51,376 nt of DNA from Minisyncoccota bacterium (GCA_028697015.1 JAQVFW010000003.1:1-51376); one strand, 5' to 3'. Positions 11,365 to 22,313 are shown, counted from the first letter of the stretch. Translations and numbers: made by a program. Notes: generated from the letters alone by a model not told the origin.

Positions 11365-13312
11365 AATAAAAAAATTCCTTATTAAAGAAGATATAGAACC
11401 TCAAGAGATTTTTTTAGACAAACTTGCTCAAAAAAAAGAAGAAGAGATAGGAATATCGGAAAAGAAGTTTGAAACTCCTTTGTCTTTTAGAATTTCCAGT
11501 TTTTTGCGTTTTTCAATGTTTTTTTCCATATTATTCTTATTAGCGCTAACTTTTTATTATCAAATTTTAAACAATGAAAAATTCTCCGCTTTTGCCTATG
11601 AGAATAAGTTTGCCGTTTTTTCAGTAAAAGCAGCAAGAGGCATAATATACGACCAATTTTATAACCAGCTTGTATTCAATAATCCAAGTTTTAATTTAAT
11701 AATTAAAAGAAGTTTTCTTGATCAAAAAGAAGAAAACCAAGAAAAAACATTAAGTGAAATATCAAAGATAACCGGCCAACAGTATGATTTTCTGAGAGAA
11801 AAAATAAGAGAGGATTTTTTGAACAACAAAGGAAATCAAATTATTTTAATAAGAAATTTAGAGCATAATCCTCTTATTATCCTAAAATCAAAAATAGACG
11901 AGTTTATTGGATTTGAAATAGAAGAAACTTTCATTCGCAAATATGAATATGGAGAAACTCTTTCCCACATCATCGGATACACGGGGAAAATAAGCAAAGA
12001 TGAGCTTGAATCTTTTCCTAATTACAGCTTTCTTGATTATATCGGAAAAGCAGGGATTGAAAAAGAATATGAAGATATTTTAAGAAGAAATTCCGGCATT
12101 GTTAAAATAGAAAGAGATGCCCTGGGAAATCAAATCTCAAAAGAAATTGTTTCTTTACCAGAGCCGGGGAATAGCTTAATGCTTTGGCTAGATTTGGAAC
12201 TCCAACAAGTTTTAGAAAATTCTCTCTCTGAAAATCTTCAAAGATTGGGAAGCAAAAAAGCCGTAGGAATAGCCATAAACCCAAAAACAGGAGGAATACT
12301 TGCCATGGTTAATATTCCTTCTTATGATAATAATATTTTTAATTCTCCAGAAGAGAAAAAGGAAGAAATAAACGAACTTCTTAAAAATCCTCTTAATCCT
12401 CTTTTTAACAGAGCCGTTGCAGGGCAATACCCAACAGGGTCGGTAATAAAGCCCTTTATCGCCGCTGGAGCTCTTGAAGAAGGAATAATAACCCCTGAAA
12501 AAGAAATATATGCCGGAGGGAAGATAGAAATTCCCCACAGATATGATCCCTCTATTGTCTATACTTTCAAGGATATTTACGTTCACGGATTAACCAATAT
12601 GCGAAAAGCCATTGCCGCTTCGGTAAACGTCTATTTTTACGCCATAGGAGGAGGATATCAAGACCAAAAAGGGCTTGGACCGACTAATATCAAAAAATAT
12701 CTTCAATTATTCGGATGGGGAAATAAAACGGGCATTGATATTCCAGGCGAACAAAGCGGGCTTATCCCTTCTCCTGAATGGAAAAGTGAAATAAAAAAGG
12801 AGTCATGGTTTGACGGAGACACTTACAACCTTTCAATCGGCCAGGGAAATATTTTTATTACTCCTCTTCAAGTTGCCATGTCTTACGCAGCAATAGCAAA
12901 TGGAGGAACTCTTCATTCTCCAAGGATTGTAAAAAAAATAATCAACAGTAGCGGACAAGAACAAGAAATTAATCCTGTAATAATAAGAGAAAATTTTATA
13001 GATCCAAAAAACATTAAAGTAATAAAAGAAGGGATGAGGGCAACGGTAACCGGAGAGAACAGTCCCTATGCCACGGCAAGATCTTTAAATCTTCTCCCGG
13101 AGAAAACAGCCGCTAAAACAGGGACGGCCCAAACCTCAAGAGAAGGATATTTCCATAATTGGATTTCCGTTTTCGGTCCCTATGAAGATCCCCAAATATC
13201 CCTTCTCATACTAGTTGAAGATGTCGAAGGAATTCAATTATCAACGATACCTGTTGCAAGAGATGTTTTAGAATGGTATTTTAACAATAGGATACAAAAA
13301 AATAACGATTAA
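11318..13312 (+). CDS. mrdA: Penicillin-binding protein 2 (peptidoglycan D,D-transpeptidase)
   Basis: SxxK motif in TGSVIKPF, an SxN-like motif, and KTGTAQ for KTG. N-terminal TM anchor. The true start may be a few codons downstream. Confidence 0.9.
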   Translation: MLLKKMFLFLTPKKFRIKKFLIKEDIEPQEIFLDKLAQKKEEEIGISEKKFETPLSFRISSFLRFSMFFSILFLLALTFYYQILNNEKFSAFAYENKFAVFSVKAARGIIYDQFYNQLVFNNPSFNLIIKRSFLDQKEENQEKTLSEISKITGQQYDFLREKIREDFLNNKGNQIILIRNLEHNPLIILKSKIDEFIGFEIEETFIRKYEYGETLSHIIGYTGKISKDELESFPNYSFLDYIGKAGIEKEYEDILRRNSGIVKIERDALGNQISKEIVSLPEPGNSLMLWLDLELQQVLENSLSENLQRLGSKKAVGIAINPKTGGILAMVNIPSYDNNIFNSPEEKKEEINELLKNPLNPLFNRAVAGQYPTGSVIKPFIAAGALEEGIITPEKEIYAGGKIEIPHRYDPSIVYTFKDIYVHGLTNMRKAIAASVNVYFYAIGGGYQDQKGLGPTNIKKYLQLFGWGNKTGIDIPGEQSGLIPSPEWKSEIKKESWFDGDTYNLSIGQGNIFITPLQVAMSYAAIANGGTLHSPRIVKKIINSSGQEQEINPVIIRENFIDPKNIKVIKEGMRATVTGENSPYATARSLNLLPEKTAAKTGTAQTSREGYFHNWISVFGPYEDPQISLLILVEDVEGIQLSTIPVARDVLEWYFNNRIQKNND

Positions 13313-13328
13313 AAGAATAATAAAAAAC

Positions 13329-13784
13329 ATGGCAGAAAAATACTTTACTAAAGAAGGATTGGAAAAAATCAACAAAGAATTGGAATATTTAAAAACAGAA
13401 AAAAGAAAAGATATTTCAAAAAGAATAAAAGAAGCAGCTTCTTTCGGAGATTTATCGGAAAATGCAGCCTATACGGAAGCAAAGGAAGAGCAAGCTTTTT
13501 TAGAGGGCAGGATTAGGGAATTGGAAAACAAGGTTAGAGAGGCAAAAGTGGTGGAAAAAGGGAATTATGAAAAAGTAGAAATCGGCTCTACAATAGTTCT
13601 TTCATACGGTAAAGAAGAAATATCCTATACTTTGGTTGATACATCAGAAGCAGATCCTTTTAAAAATAAAATTTCATTTTCATCTCCATTAGGAGAGAAG
13701 CTTTTTGGAAAGAGAGTAGGGGACTCAGTTGAACTTTCTCTTGAAGAAGGTAAAATAAAATACACAATAAAAGAAATAAAATGA
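13329..13784 (+). CDS. greA: Transcription elongation factor GreA
   Basis: GDLSENAAYTEAKEEQAFLEGRIRELE is the GreA coiled-coil signature, and the 151-aa length fits. Confidence 0.92.
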   Translation: MAEKYFTKEGLEKINKELEYLKTEKRKDISKRIKEAASFGDLSENAAYTEAKEEQAFLEGRIRELENKVREAKVVEKGNYEKVEIGSTIVLSYGKEEISYTLVDTSEADPFKNKISFSSPLGEKLFGKRVGDSVELSLEEGKIKYTIKEIK

Positions 13785-15289
13785 AAACAAGATTTGCTCC
13801 GTCTCCAACAGGTTTTCTTCATATAGGAACAGTAAGAACGGCTCTTTTTAATTATCTTTTTGCCAAAAAAAATAAAGGTTCTTTTCTCCTGAGAATAGAA
13901 GATACCGACAAAGAAAGGTCAAAAACCGAATTTGAAAATAATATTTTAGAAGCCCTGAAATGGCTTAATATTGATTTTGACGAAGGTCCATACAGACAGA
14001 GCGAAAGAGGGGAGATATATGAAAAATACCTCAAAAAGCTTCTTGATGAAAAAAAGGCCTACTATTGTTTTTGCAGTAAAGAAGAACTTGAAGCGAAAAA
14101 AGAAAATTATGCAGTAAATGGATTACCCGTAAAATACGACGGAAAATGCTCTTCTTTATCAAGAGAAGAAGCAGAAAAAAAAATAAAGAGGGGAGAGATG
14201 TCAGTTATCCGAATGAAAATGCCCGAAGAAAAAATTGAGGTAAAAGATTTAATTCGAGGAAAAATAATTTTTGATACAAAACTAATAGGAGACATCGTAA
14301 TTGCTAAAAATTTAAAAAGTCCGTTATATAATTTTTCCGTGGTAATTGACGATTATGAAATGAAAATAACCCACGTTTTAAGAGGAGAGGATATTTTATC
14401 AAATACTCCAAAACAAATAGTTTTATGCAATCATTTGGGAATTAATCCTCCAAAATACGGTCATATGCCAATGATACTTGGAACAGACAAAAGCAAACTA
14501 AGTAAAAGGCACGGGGCTACGGCAGTTCTTGATTATAAAAAAGAAGGATATCTAAAAGAAGCATTAATTAATTTTTTGGCTTTTTTAGGATGGAGCCCTA
14601 AAGATAAAAGAGAGTTTTTTGAAATAGAAGAACTTATTGAAGAATTCTCACTGGAAAGAATGAACAAAAGCGGGGCCGTCTTTAATTTAAAAAAACTGGA
14701 TTATATAAACGGACACTACATCCGAAAAAAAAGCATTGATGAAATAACAGAGTTTTGTATTCCATATCTTGTTGAAAAAGAATATATTACTCCAATTTTT
14801 AAAGATAGAGAAATAATTCCCAATCTTACCGGAATTGCAGGAAAAGAGATATCAATGTCTTTTATTATAAAAAAGACAAAAGAAGAGATAAGCTTTGAAT
14901 ATTTAAAAAATGTTGTTTCTCTTTATAAAGAAAGAATGAAAAAACTTTCCGAAATAGCAGATTTTACAGATTATGTCTTTAAAAAAGATTTATCTTTCGA
15001 TAAAGAACTACTGCAATGGAAAGGAAGTAAAAAAGAAGAAATGTCTTTTGTTTTAACGGAGCTTTTCAAAATCTTGAATTCTCTTAAAAACTGGGATTCC
15101 AAAACGATAGAAGAAGAAATAATGCCTTTTGCAGAAAGATATAAAACGGGGGATAGAGGATATGTTCTTTGGCCCCTAAGAGTAGCTTTAACCGGAAAAA
15201 AGTCATCTGCCGGACCATTTGACGTTGCAAACGTTCTGGGGAAGGAAAAAACCCTAAGAAGAATAAATGCGGCAATAAAAATGACATGA
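13781..15289 (+). CDS. gltX: Glutamyl-tRNA synthetase
   Basis: RFAPSPTGFLHIGTVRTAL (HIGH motif) and KLSKRHG (KMSKS motif). Confidence 0.93.
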   Translation: MKTRFAPSPTGFLHIGTVRTALFNYLFAKKNKGSFLLRIEDTDKERSKTEFENNILEALKWLNIDFDEGPYRQSERGEIYEKYLKKLLDEKKAYYCFCSKEELEAKKENYAVNGLPVKYDGKCSSLSREEAEKKIKRGEMSVIRMKMPEEKIEVKDLIRGKIIFDTKLIGDIVIAKNLKSPLYNFSVVIDDYEMKITHVLRGEDILSNTPKQIVLCNHLGINPPKYGHMPMILGTDKSKLSKRHGATAVLDYKKEGYLKEALINFLAFLGWSPKDKREFFEIEELIEEFSLERMNKSGAVFNLKKLDYINGHYIRKKSIDEITEFCIPYLVEKEYITPIFKDREIIPNLTGIAGKEISMSFIIKKTKEEISFEYLKNVVSLYKERMKKLSEIADFTDYVFKKDLSFDKELLQWKGSKKEEMSFVLTELFKILNSLKNWDSKTIEEEIMPFAERYKTGDRGYVLWPLRVALTGKKSSAGPFDVANVLGKEKTLRRINAAIKMT

Positions 15290-15594
15290 GATTAATTATT
15301 TTTATTACAATTGCAATAGTAATAATTATGATAATAGTCCCGGAAGAAACTATAAAAGGAGTTTTTGAAAAAATTGAAAAGTTTTTTATAGAAATTCTAC
15401 AAAAAACATTCTCTTATATTTTTGATCTTTTAAAAAGATTTTTTTCATATGTAATAGATGTTTTAAAAAACATTTTTAAAGATATAAAGAGCTTTATAAT
15501 AGAAGAGATTGAGGAGGAAAAAATAAATATAATGGAGAGAATGTTAGAATGGGGAAAAAGAATACTCCTGACACCAGAGAGAGAAAGGTCTTAA
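15286..15594 (+). CDS. Hypothetical small membrane protein (102 aa)
   Basis: N-terminal TM helix and a 4-nt overlap with gltX. No recognisable family. Confidence 0.45.
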   Translation: MRLIIFITIAIVIIMIIVPEETIKGVFEKIEKFFIEILQKTFSYIFDLLKRFFSYVIDVLKNIFKDIKSFIIEEIEEEKINIMERMLEWGKRILLTPERERS

Positions 15595-15601
15595 AAAGGC
15601 C

Positions 15602-15629
15602 TTGACAGTGTGAAAAGAGAGGATATAAT
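15602..15629 (+). promoter_or_regulatory. Sigma70 consensus promoter for the xerC/D-like gene
   Basis: TTGACA (15602..15607), a 16-nt spacer, then TATAAT (15624..15629). Confidence 0.65.
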
Positions 15630-15703
15630 TAGATATATAATATGTCGCATAATGTATGTTAAGCGTCTTTCTAAGAGACCTTTTAATATAACCACTCTTT
15701 TAA

Positions 15704-16633
15704 ATGAAAAAAACAAGCATTTCAATAAAAGGCCTTTTCCCTGAATTTTTGGATTGGCTTGAGCTTGAGAAAGGATTATCTGCAAAAAGCCAGGAAAATT
15801 ATTCAAGATTTTTAAAAAAGTTTTTTGATTTTTTAAAATTTTCTAATCTGGAAGAAATAAAACCTCACGAAATAACAAACGATCATATATGGAAATATCG
15901 CCTCTTTCTTTCAAGGCAGTCAAAAACACCGCTAAGAAGATCAACCCAAAACTACTATCTAATAGCCCTAAGGTCTCTTTTATCCTATTTTGCTGAAAAA
16001 GACATCCTTTCGTTGCCTCCTGAGAAAGTAAAACTTCCGAAAAGCAAATCGGAAAAAACAGTTAACTTCTTAAATCCAGAACAGGTTAAAAAGCTTCTGG
16101 AAGCCCCAAATATAGATGATATTGCCGGATTAAGAGATAGAGCCATGCTTGAAACCCTCTTTTCTACCGGATTGCGGGTAGCAGAACTCGTTTCTCTTGA
16201 TAAAGAGCAAATAAAGCTAAAAGACGGCATAAAATACCTTGAAATAGGGATCATAGGCAAAGGAAGCCATCCCAGGACCATATACCTCTCAGAAAGGGCC
16301 ATAAACTGCCTCAGAAGCTATCTTTTGACAAGGAAAGACAAGGAAAAAGCCCTTTTTATTAACTACAGAGGAAAAAAAACCGGAGGACGGCTTAATATAA
16401 GAAGCGTTGAAAGAATTGTTAAAAAATATGTGGCTCTTTCCGGCCTTCCTATGACAACTTCCTGTCATACATTAAGGCATAGTTTTGCCACCGATTTACT
16501 TATTAAGGGCGTTGACCTTCGCGTTGTTCAGGAATTTTTAGGGCATAAAAATATCGCCACAACTCAAATATATACCCATATTACAAAACCCCACCTCAAA
16601 GAGATACACAGTAAATATCATAAGCTTCAATAA
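15704..16633 (+). CDS. xerC: Tyrosine recombinase XerC/XerD family
   Basis: HTLRHSFATDLL and LGHKNIATTQIYTH catalytic motifs, with an N-terminal SAM-like core-binding domain. Confidence 0.88.
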   Translation: MKKTSISIKGLFPEFLDWLELEKGLSAKSQENYSRFLKKFFDFLKFSNLEEIKPHEITNDHIWKYRLFLSRQSKTPLRRSTQNYYLIALRSLLSYFAEKDILSLPPEKVKLPKSKSEKTVNFLNPEQVKKLLEAPNIDDIAGLRDRAMLETLFSTGLRVAELVSLDKEQIKLKDGIKYLEIGIIGKGSHPRTIYLSERAINCLRSYLLTRKDKEKALFINYRGKKTGGRLNIRSVERIVKKYVALSGLPMTTSCHTLRHSFATDLLIKGVDLRVVQEFLGHKNIATTQIYTHITKPHLKEIHSKYHKLQ

Positions 16634-16668
16634 ATAATGTCGCTTAATATAATAAGGACCAACTAAAA

Positions 16669-16697
16669 ACACCTCCTAAAAAAGAGGTGTTTTTTTG
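16669..16697. terminator. Bidirectional terminator between convergent genes
   Basis: acacctc-ctaaaaaa-gaggtgt stem-loop flanked by an A-run and a T-run. Confidence 0.75.
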
Positions 16698-16712
16698 GCT
16701 TTTCCTTAACTG

Positions 16713-17009
16713 TTAAAATTCTTCAATTTCTCTTTCTAACCTCTCAATCTCTGTTTCCATATCTCCAAAATCATAGGATTCAAACATATCAATATCCGCT
16801 TCTATATCCTCAATGCTATCCCCTGAAGTAACTTCCGGAATTTCCGGTCCTTCATAAATTAAATCCTCTTCTTGTTCTGTTTCTGTGGTTTCGGGAGTTA
16901 ATTTCGGAGCAAGTCCTCCCCTGTCAAGAAAAATTGAAAAAATCATTACGAAAAGAGCAATGACTATAACAATTAAGAGAGCAAGTAAATATTTTTCTTT
17001 TCTTGTCAT
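16713..17009 (-). CDS. Hypothetical membrane-anchored acidic protein (98 aa)
   Basis: N-terminal TM helix followed by a tail rich in E and D. Confidence 0.5.
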   Translation of the reverse strand: MTRKEKYLLALLIVIVIALFVMIFSIFLDRGGLAPKLTPETTETEQEEDLIYEGPEIPEVTSGDSIEDIEADIDMFESYDFGDMETEIERLEREIEEF

Positions 17010-17013
17010 ATTT

Positions 17014-17763
17014 TTAGTTTATTATTGCGCTTCTTAATTCGGCCATTATTTCCCTAATCAAAAACTTTACGGCATCTATAGTTCTAATTCTAAGTGTATT
17101 ATGATCTGTTCTTATCTCTTGAAGAACATTTTGAAACTGAAGGCCAACATCTTCTCCAGAAGAAATGTCAGGAACATAAGTTTTTGCTTTTTGCTCTGCT
17201 ATTTCTTCTTTAGCAACTTCAATGGAATTTCTGGCTTCATCCACTTTCAAATAAACAGAAGATAAATCCTTTTGAAGAGCTATCTCTATTTTTGCAGTAC
17301 GGCTTTCAATCTTATTCAAAACAATTTCCATTGCAAAAAGAAGTCCCGTATATCTGTTTGAAAGATTATAATTTACTCTGTTCATATTCTCAGAAAGAAT
17401 CTCAAAGCGATTTCTAAGCTGTTCTCCGCCGATCTCCTCTGCTTTTTCCCTGAGAAGTTTCTGTCTTGCTTCTGTTTGTTGAAGATTTTCCATTCTTATT
17501 TCCTTTGCTCTTTCACCTACCTCTATTGCTCCTTTTTGAGCTTCAACCATTATTCTTTCTCTCTCTTTCCCGAAATCAACAATTTTTCCCCTTGGAACAA
17601 TTCTAGTTGATACTGAAGGAGTAAACCCCTGAACTTCCCCACTTGAAACTTCTTCTAAAATCGGGTCAAGATTGTTAATTTGCATATTGCCTTCTCCTTG
17701 CTGGGCAAAAGCAAAAGAAAAAGAAAAAAATAGAAGAAAAGCAATTGTGATAAAATTTTTCAT
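17014..17763 (-). CDS. Hypothetical secreted coiled-coil protein (249 aa)
   Basis: Signal-peptide-like N-terminus MKNFITIAFLLFFSFSFAFAQQ followed by a helical charged body. Confidence 0.55.
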   Translation of the reverse strand: MKNFITIAFLLFFSFSFAFAQQGEGNMQINNLDPILEEVSSGEVQGFTPSVSTRIVPRGKIVDFGKERERIMVEAQKGAIEVGERAKEIRMENLQQTEARQKLLREKAEEIGGEQLRNRFEILSENMNRVNYNLSNRYTGLLFAMEIVLNKIESRTAKIEIALQKDLSSVYLKVDEARNSIEVAKEEIAEQKAKTYVPDISSGEDVGLQFQNVLQEIRTDHNTLRIRTIDAVKFLIREIMAELRSAIIN

Positions 17764-17787
17764 TTTAATTTAAATTTATAATTTGTA

Positions 17788-17934
17788 TTATTGACCTACC
17801 CGTCTGTTTTCAAGACGAGAAGCCAAATCGTGCGACCTTTTTGGTTTTTTATTATTAATACTTCCTTTCGGTTTTATTTCTTTTTTTAACTCTCTTGGAA
17901 TCCTCTTTTCCCATTTTTTTGATTTATTTTCCAT
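17788..17934 (-). CDS. Candidate small basic protein (48 aa), not in the ORF track
   Basis: Hand translation gives MENKSKKWEKRIPRELKKEIKPKGSINNKKPKRSHDLASRLENRRVGQ. It fills the gap between two same-strand genes. No homology evidence. Confidence 0.3.
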   Translation of the reverse strand: MENKSKKWEKRIPRELKKEIKPKGSINNKKPKRSHDLASRLENRRVGQ

Positions 17935-17958
17935 ATTTTTATTATACTATTTAAGATA

Positions 17959-18294
17959 TTAAAATTCAACTTGCCAGTTTTTTTTAAGGGAAAAACTCTT
18001 CCCTGTTTTTCTTGCTTTTTTTATTTTTCCTATTATAAAATAATGGCAAAATTCGTCTTTATCCCCTACTGTGCGGGCATTTAATATGTGTCCGGGAGAA
18101 AGACGGTCTTGCTCGTATATCAAATGCTCGGCATCTTCGGTTGTATCATTGGAAAGAAAATAGGGCTCTATTTCCCTCCAGCCCTCTTTGGTTGTGTCTG
18201 TTTTAGGATAATAAATTTCAACAGTTTCTTTTTTAACAGCCGCTTCTGCAATAATCTGAAGTATTTTTCTATAATCCATCGGTTTTATTTTCAT
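17959..18294 (-). CDS. Hypothetical protein (111 aa), possibly WYL-like
   Basis: Overlaps the upstream gene by 4 nt. The REIEPY...FIIGKIKKA pattern only faintly resembles a WYL domain. Confidence 0.45.
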   Translation of the reverse strand: MKIKPMDYRKILQIIAEAAVKKETVEIYYPKTDTTKEGWREIEPYFLSNDTTEDAEHLIYEQDRLSPGHILNARTVGDKDEFCHYFIIGKIKKARKTGKSFSLKKNWQVEF

Positions 18295-18608
18295 AATCTT
18301 TCAGTTGCTTCTTTTATTCTTCTGGCTTCTTTTTCAATAATTTCTCCTTCATATTCGGCGCTATGAGCGCTATACTTGCCGTATGAAGCTTTTTTCTGGT
18401 CAAGATGGAGATTGAAAACATAATCTCCCTTTTCAAAATCTTCTTCTACATATATATGAAATCTCGGATACTTTTCCTTTCTTCCTGAAAGAGGTTTTAT
18501 AAAATTGAATTCATCTTTTGTAGCAAAAGAGTAAGAAGTAGGAATATAACCTGCTTTCCTTATTAGGACAAGAAGATTTTCTTTTCCTTTTTTAATATGA
18601 AAAGTCAT
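18291..18608 (-). CDS. Hypothetical protein (105 aa)
   Basis: Tightly packed between uppS and the next ORF. No recognisable family. Confidence 0.5.
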   Translation of the reverse strand: MTFHIKKGKENLLVLIRKAGYIPTSYSFATKDEFNFIKPLSGRKEKYPRFHIYVEEDFEKGDYVFNLHLDQKKASYGKYSAHSAEYEGEIIEKEARRIKEATERL

Positions 18609-18611
18609 AAT

Positions 18612-19304
18612 TTATTTCCCAAACCTTCTTTCACGCTTGCTATAATCAATAAGGGCCTTATCAATATCTCTTTCATTAAAAGACGGCCACATTTTATTTG
18701 AAAAATAAAGCTCTGAATATGCGGACTGCCAGATTAGAAAATTAGAAAGACGATGCTCCCCTCCTGTTCTGATTATTAAATCCGGATGAGACATATTTTC
18801 AGTATAAAGAAATTTTTCAAAAAAATCCTCTGTTATTTTTTCAACAGAAATTTTTTCTTCAATTATTTTTTTAACTGCGCTTACTATTTCTCTTCTTCCG
18901 CTATATGAAACAGCAAGATTCAATATCCCCTTCTTGTTGTCTTTGGTAGTTTCTTGAGCAATTTTTATTCTTTTTTTTACTTCAGAGGAAAGTTTTTCCT
19001 TGCTTCCAATAATATTAATCTTAACTCCTTTTTTATGTAATTTCGACACAGCCCTATCGCTAAGGGCACCCAAAAGAAGACGCATTAAAAAGTTAACTTC
19101 TCTTTCAGCTCTTTTCCAATTTTCATAAGAAAAAACATACACCGTTAAAATCTTTACTCCTTTTAAAAGCAAGTAATCCCCTATCCTCTCTAAATTTTCC
19201 AATCCTTTTTTATGACCGCTAAAAACGGGAAGATTTTTTTCCCTGGCCCATCTTCTGTTTCCGTCAATAATCAATCCCAAGTGATATGGTATTTTTTTTT
19301 CCAT
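18612..19304 (-). CDS. uppS: Undecaprenyl (isoprenyl) diphosphate synthase
   Basis: HLGLIIDGNRRWA, YVFSYENWKR and the RTGGEHRLSNFLIWQ...E motifs. Confidence 0.92.
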   Translation of the reverse strand: MEKKIPYHLGLIIDGNRRWAREKNLPVFSGHKKGLENLERIGDYLLLKGVKILTVYVFSYENWKRAEREVNFLMRLLLGALSDRAVSKLHKKGVKINIIGSKEKLSSEVKKRIKIAQETTKDNKKGILNLAVSYSGRREIVSAVKKIIEEKISVEKITEDFFEKFLYTENMSHPDLIIRTGGEHRLSNFLIWQSAYSELYFSNKMWPSFNERDIDKALIDYSKRERRFGK

Positions 19305-19305
19305 T

Positions 19306-20229
19306 TTATAATAAAAAGTCCGGCTCTATTTTAACAGTTTTAGGAATTAAAAAAGGAATATTTTCTCCTGCAAAATATACGGATTTTGTCATTAAATTGT
19401 AAAAGGCAATCTTTCTTTTGAAAAACTTTCTCATTCTTTTGTGGTAAAGTTCAAAGTCCGGAAAGGTTTCAACTAAAATATCAGCGGATTTCAACCCCCA
19501 AATAACCCCTCCTCCTGACCATGGCTTGGTGATTCCGGCAGCATCCCCGCAAAGAGTAACTTTTCCCTTTTTCGGAATTGAAAAACCGCAAGGAATAATT
19601 CTGGCATCAATTTCTTCAAGGTTAATTTTATCTTTTTTTAAAAAAAGAGCAAGTGCTTTTTTCGCTATTTCCGGTTTTTCCATAATTCCGTATTCAATCA
19701 CTTCTTTTCTTGGTATTTTCCACACAAATCCTTCCCTAAGAGGCCATGTTTCAACAAAGTCGGAACTATCCTTTTCTTTTAAAAATCCTCTTATTCCAAC
19801 CTTCAATTTCGGCTTCTTAAGGCCGAGAGATTTTCTAATAAAAGAATTTGCCCCATCGCATCCTATTACCCTGTCAAACCCTTGGGGAATGCTTTTTATT
19901 TCTTTCCCCAAAATAACGCTTTCTTTCACTTTGGAGTATAAAATTTTATCAAGAGAAGAGTGGGAAAATAAAAAAAACCTTTCTTTAAAAAGAAGGTGAA
20001 TTGTTTTTTTAGGAAAGCGAAGAAGAGCCGATTTTATCTCCTTTTCGACTATATTTTTACTTTCCGGAATAAACTTAAAAATCTTTTCGGAAAATATTCC
20101 CGAACAAACATCGGTTCCAATTTCTTTCCTTTTTTCAAAAAGAACGACTTTATTGCCTTTTTCTATCAATTTTAGGGCAAGATAAAGGCCAATTGTTCCT
20201 CCTCCTATAATTGCTATTTTTTTATTCAT
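19306..20229 (-). CDS. FAD-dependent oxidoreductase, geranylgeranyl-reductase-like
   Basis: The dinucleotide-binding N-terminus IAIIGGGTIGLYLALKL...VVLFEK, the 307-aa size and the position next to uppS are consistent with this family. Confidence 0.6.
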   Translation of the reverse strand: MNKKIAIIGGGTIGLYLALKLIEKGNKVVLFEKRKEIGTDVCSGIFSEKIFKFIPESKNIVEKEIKSALLRFPKKTIHLLFKERFFLFSHSSLDKILYSKVKESVILGKEIKSIPQGFDRVIGCDGANSFIRKSLGLKKPKLKVGIRGFLKEKDSSDFVETWPLREGFVWKIPRKEVIEYGIMEKPEIAKKALALFLKKDKINLEEIDARIIPCGFSIPKKGKVTLCGDAAGITKPWSGGGVIWGLKSADILVETFPDFELYHKRMRKFFKRKIAFYNLMTKSVYFAGENIPFLIPKTVKIEPDFLL

Positions 20230-20401
20230 TTTCCAAAATGTTCTCTATTATAAAGGGCTCCTCTTTTTGCTGTTTTGCCGTAATATATCCGGCAGCAAAG
20301 GAAAATAAAGAAATTAAAATAACACCAACTATAAGCATAATATCTTTTTGGTGTCTTTTGACAAAAGAAATTGTTTCTGCTATCATAATACCGTTTTTCA
20401 T
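20222..20401 (-). CDS. Candidate small membrane protein (59 aa), not in the ORF track
   Basis: Hand translation gives MKNGIMIAETISFVKRHQKDIMLIVGVILISLFSFAAGYITAKQQKEEPFIIENILENE. It has one TM helix and its stop overlaps the start of the downstream gene. Confidence 0.4.
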   Translation of the reverse strand: MKNGIMIAETISFVKRHQKDIMLIVGVILISLFSFAAGYITAKQQKEEPFIIENILENE

Positions 20402-20431
20402 TTAAAATACTTAAATTATTTTTAAATTACT

Positions 20432-20704
20432 ATGGCTACAACTAAATCCGCGGGAGCGACAAAACTAGGAAGAGATTCCCAGCCAAAATATTTGGGAGTT
20501 AAGCTTTTTGACGGCCAAAAAGTGAAAACGGGAAATATCATTATAAGACAAAGAGGAACCAGATTTTTAGCGGGAAAAAACGTAAAGCGCGGAGCAGATG
20601 ACACTCTTTTTGCTCTCAAAGACGGCATTGTTAAATTCACCACAAAAAGAAAAAAGCGCTTTGACGGTTCTCAAAGAATTGCCAAGGTTGTTAATGTTCT
20701 CTAA
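20432..20704 (+). CDS. rpmA: 50S ribosomal protein L27
   Basis: [20 protein letters not shown]...[15 protein letters not shown] is canonical L27. Confidence 0.95.
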   Translation: MATTKSAGATKLGRDSQPKYLGVKLFDGQKVKTGNIIIRQRGTRFLAGKNVKRGADDTLFALKDGIVKFTTKRKKRFDGSQRIAKVVNVL

Positions 20705-22313
20705 GACAGGCCTTAATAAATCCTGAAAACAAAGGATGAGGAGACAAAGGGCTTGATTTAAACTCCGGATGAAACTGAGTACCCAGAAAAAATGGGTGCT
20801 TTTTTATTTCAATAATTTCAACAAGGTCTCTTTCGGGATTTCTTCCCGATAAAACCAGTCCTTTTTTTTCCAATAAATCCCTATAGCTATTATTTAACTC
20901 ATAACGATGGCGATGGCGCTCGGAAATAAGATTCTTTTTATAACAGCTTTTTGCCAAAGTTCCTTTTTTAAGCTCGCAAGAATAAGCTCCCAGGCGCATT
21001 GTTCCGCCGTAATTTTTTTCTTTCAGCAGATTTTTTTGTTCATCCATGATATCAATAACGGGATATTTGCAATTATCGTCAAATTCCCTTGATCCGGCTT
21101 TTTTGATACCGCAGACATTCCTTGCAAATTCTATAACTGCAAGCTGCATTCCCAAACAAAGCCCGAAAAAAGGAATTTTGTTTTTTCTGCAATATTCTAT
21201 CGCCTTTATTTTCCCCTCAACTCCTCTTACCCCAAATCCTCCGGGAATAATAATGCCGTCGCACTCTTTCAGTTCCTTTAATTTTTTAGAGTTTTTTTCA
21301 TACTTTTCAGAAGAAATCCAAACTATCTCCGGTCTTGATTTAAGATTATAGGCAGCATGTTTTATTGATTCTATAATAGAGATATATGAATCAAGAAGGG
21401 TGAAATTTCCTATTTCAAAATATTTGCCGACTATTCCTATTTTAACCTCCTTCTTGTTATTTTTAACAAAATTTACAAATCGGGACAAATCTTTCAAATC
21501 ATTCTTTTTGGGCTTCATTTTTAATTTTTGAAGTATCCTGTTTCCTAAATTGTCTTTTTCAAACAATAGAGGAACCTCATATATTGTTTCTGCATCAGGA
21601 GCAGAAATTACGTCCTCCGGCAATACATTGCAAAAAACAGATATTTTTTTCTTTCTAACATTATCAAGAGAAACAGCACTGCGGGCTATTATGATATCAG
21701 GCTGGATTCCGGCTGAATTTAAAGTCCTAACGGCATATTGGGTCGGTTTAGTTTTCATCTCGCCAAGAAGCTTTGGAACAGGGAGATAACTTACCAAAAC
21801 AAAAAGCGTGTCTTTTGGGTTAGACAGCTTTAACATTCTTCCCGCTTCAAGAAAAAGCATATTTTGATATTCCCCGACAGTCCCTCCAATTTCTATAAGA
21901 ATAAAATCTGCTTTCGCTTTTTCTCCCGCTTTCTTTATCCTTGAAATTACTTCGTTTGGAATATCAGGAACAACCTCCACGCAACGTCCCTTATACTCAA
22001 GGTTTCTTTCTCTGTTTATTACCGACTGATAAACCCTGCCTGTGGTAATATAGTTGTCGCTAAATATATTTTCCTCTAAAAATCTTTCGTAGTTTCCAAT
22101 GTCTTGATCGCATTCTATTCCGTCTTCGGTGACAAAAACCTCTCCGTGTTCAAGAGGATTCATGGTCCCGGCATCAACATTGACATAGGGGTCTATTTTA
22201 ATCGCCGTTACTTTAAATCCTTTGCTCTTTAGAACTTTTCCTATTGAAGAGGTTACAATTCCTTTTCCAATTCCTGACATAACTCCTCCTGAGATAAAAA
22301 TATATTTAGGCAT
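20691..22313 (-). CDS. pyrG: CTP synthase
   Basis: [17 protein letters not shown]-terminus and a glutamine amidotransferase domain with GLCLGMQ and HRHRYE. Confidence 0.95.
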   Translation of the reverse strand: MPKYIFISGGVMSGIGKGIVTSSIGKVLKSKGFKVTAIKIDPYVNVDAGTMNPLEHGEVFVTEDGIECDQDIGNYERFLEENIFSDNYITTGRVYQSVINRERNLEYKGRCVEVVPDIPNEVISRIKKAGEKAKADFILIEIGGTVGEYQNMLFLEAGRMLKLSNPKDTLFVLVSYLPVPKLLGEMKTKPTQYAVRTLNSAGIQPDIIIARSAVSLDNVRKKKISVFCNVLPEDVISAPDAETIYEVPLLFEKDNLGNRILQKLKMKPKKNDLKDLSRFVNFVKNNKKEVKIGIVGKYFEIGNFTLLDSYISIIESIKHAAYNLKSRPEIVWISSEKYEKNSKKLKELKECDGIIIPGGFGVRGVEGKIKAIEYCRKNKIPFFGLCLGMQLAVIEFARNVCGIKKAGSREFDDNCKYPVIDIMDEQKNLLKEKNYGGTMRLGAYSCELKKGTLAKSCYKKNLISERHRHRYELNNSYRDLLEKKGLVLSGRNPERDLVEIIEIKKHPFFLGTQFHPEFKSSPLSPHPLFSGFIKACLREH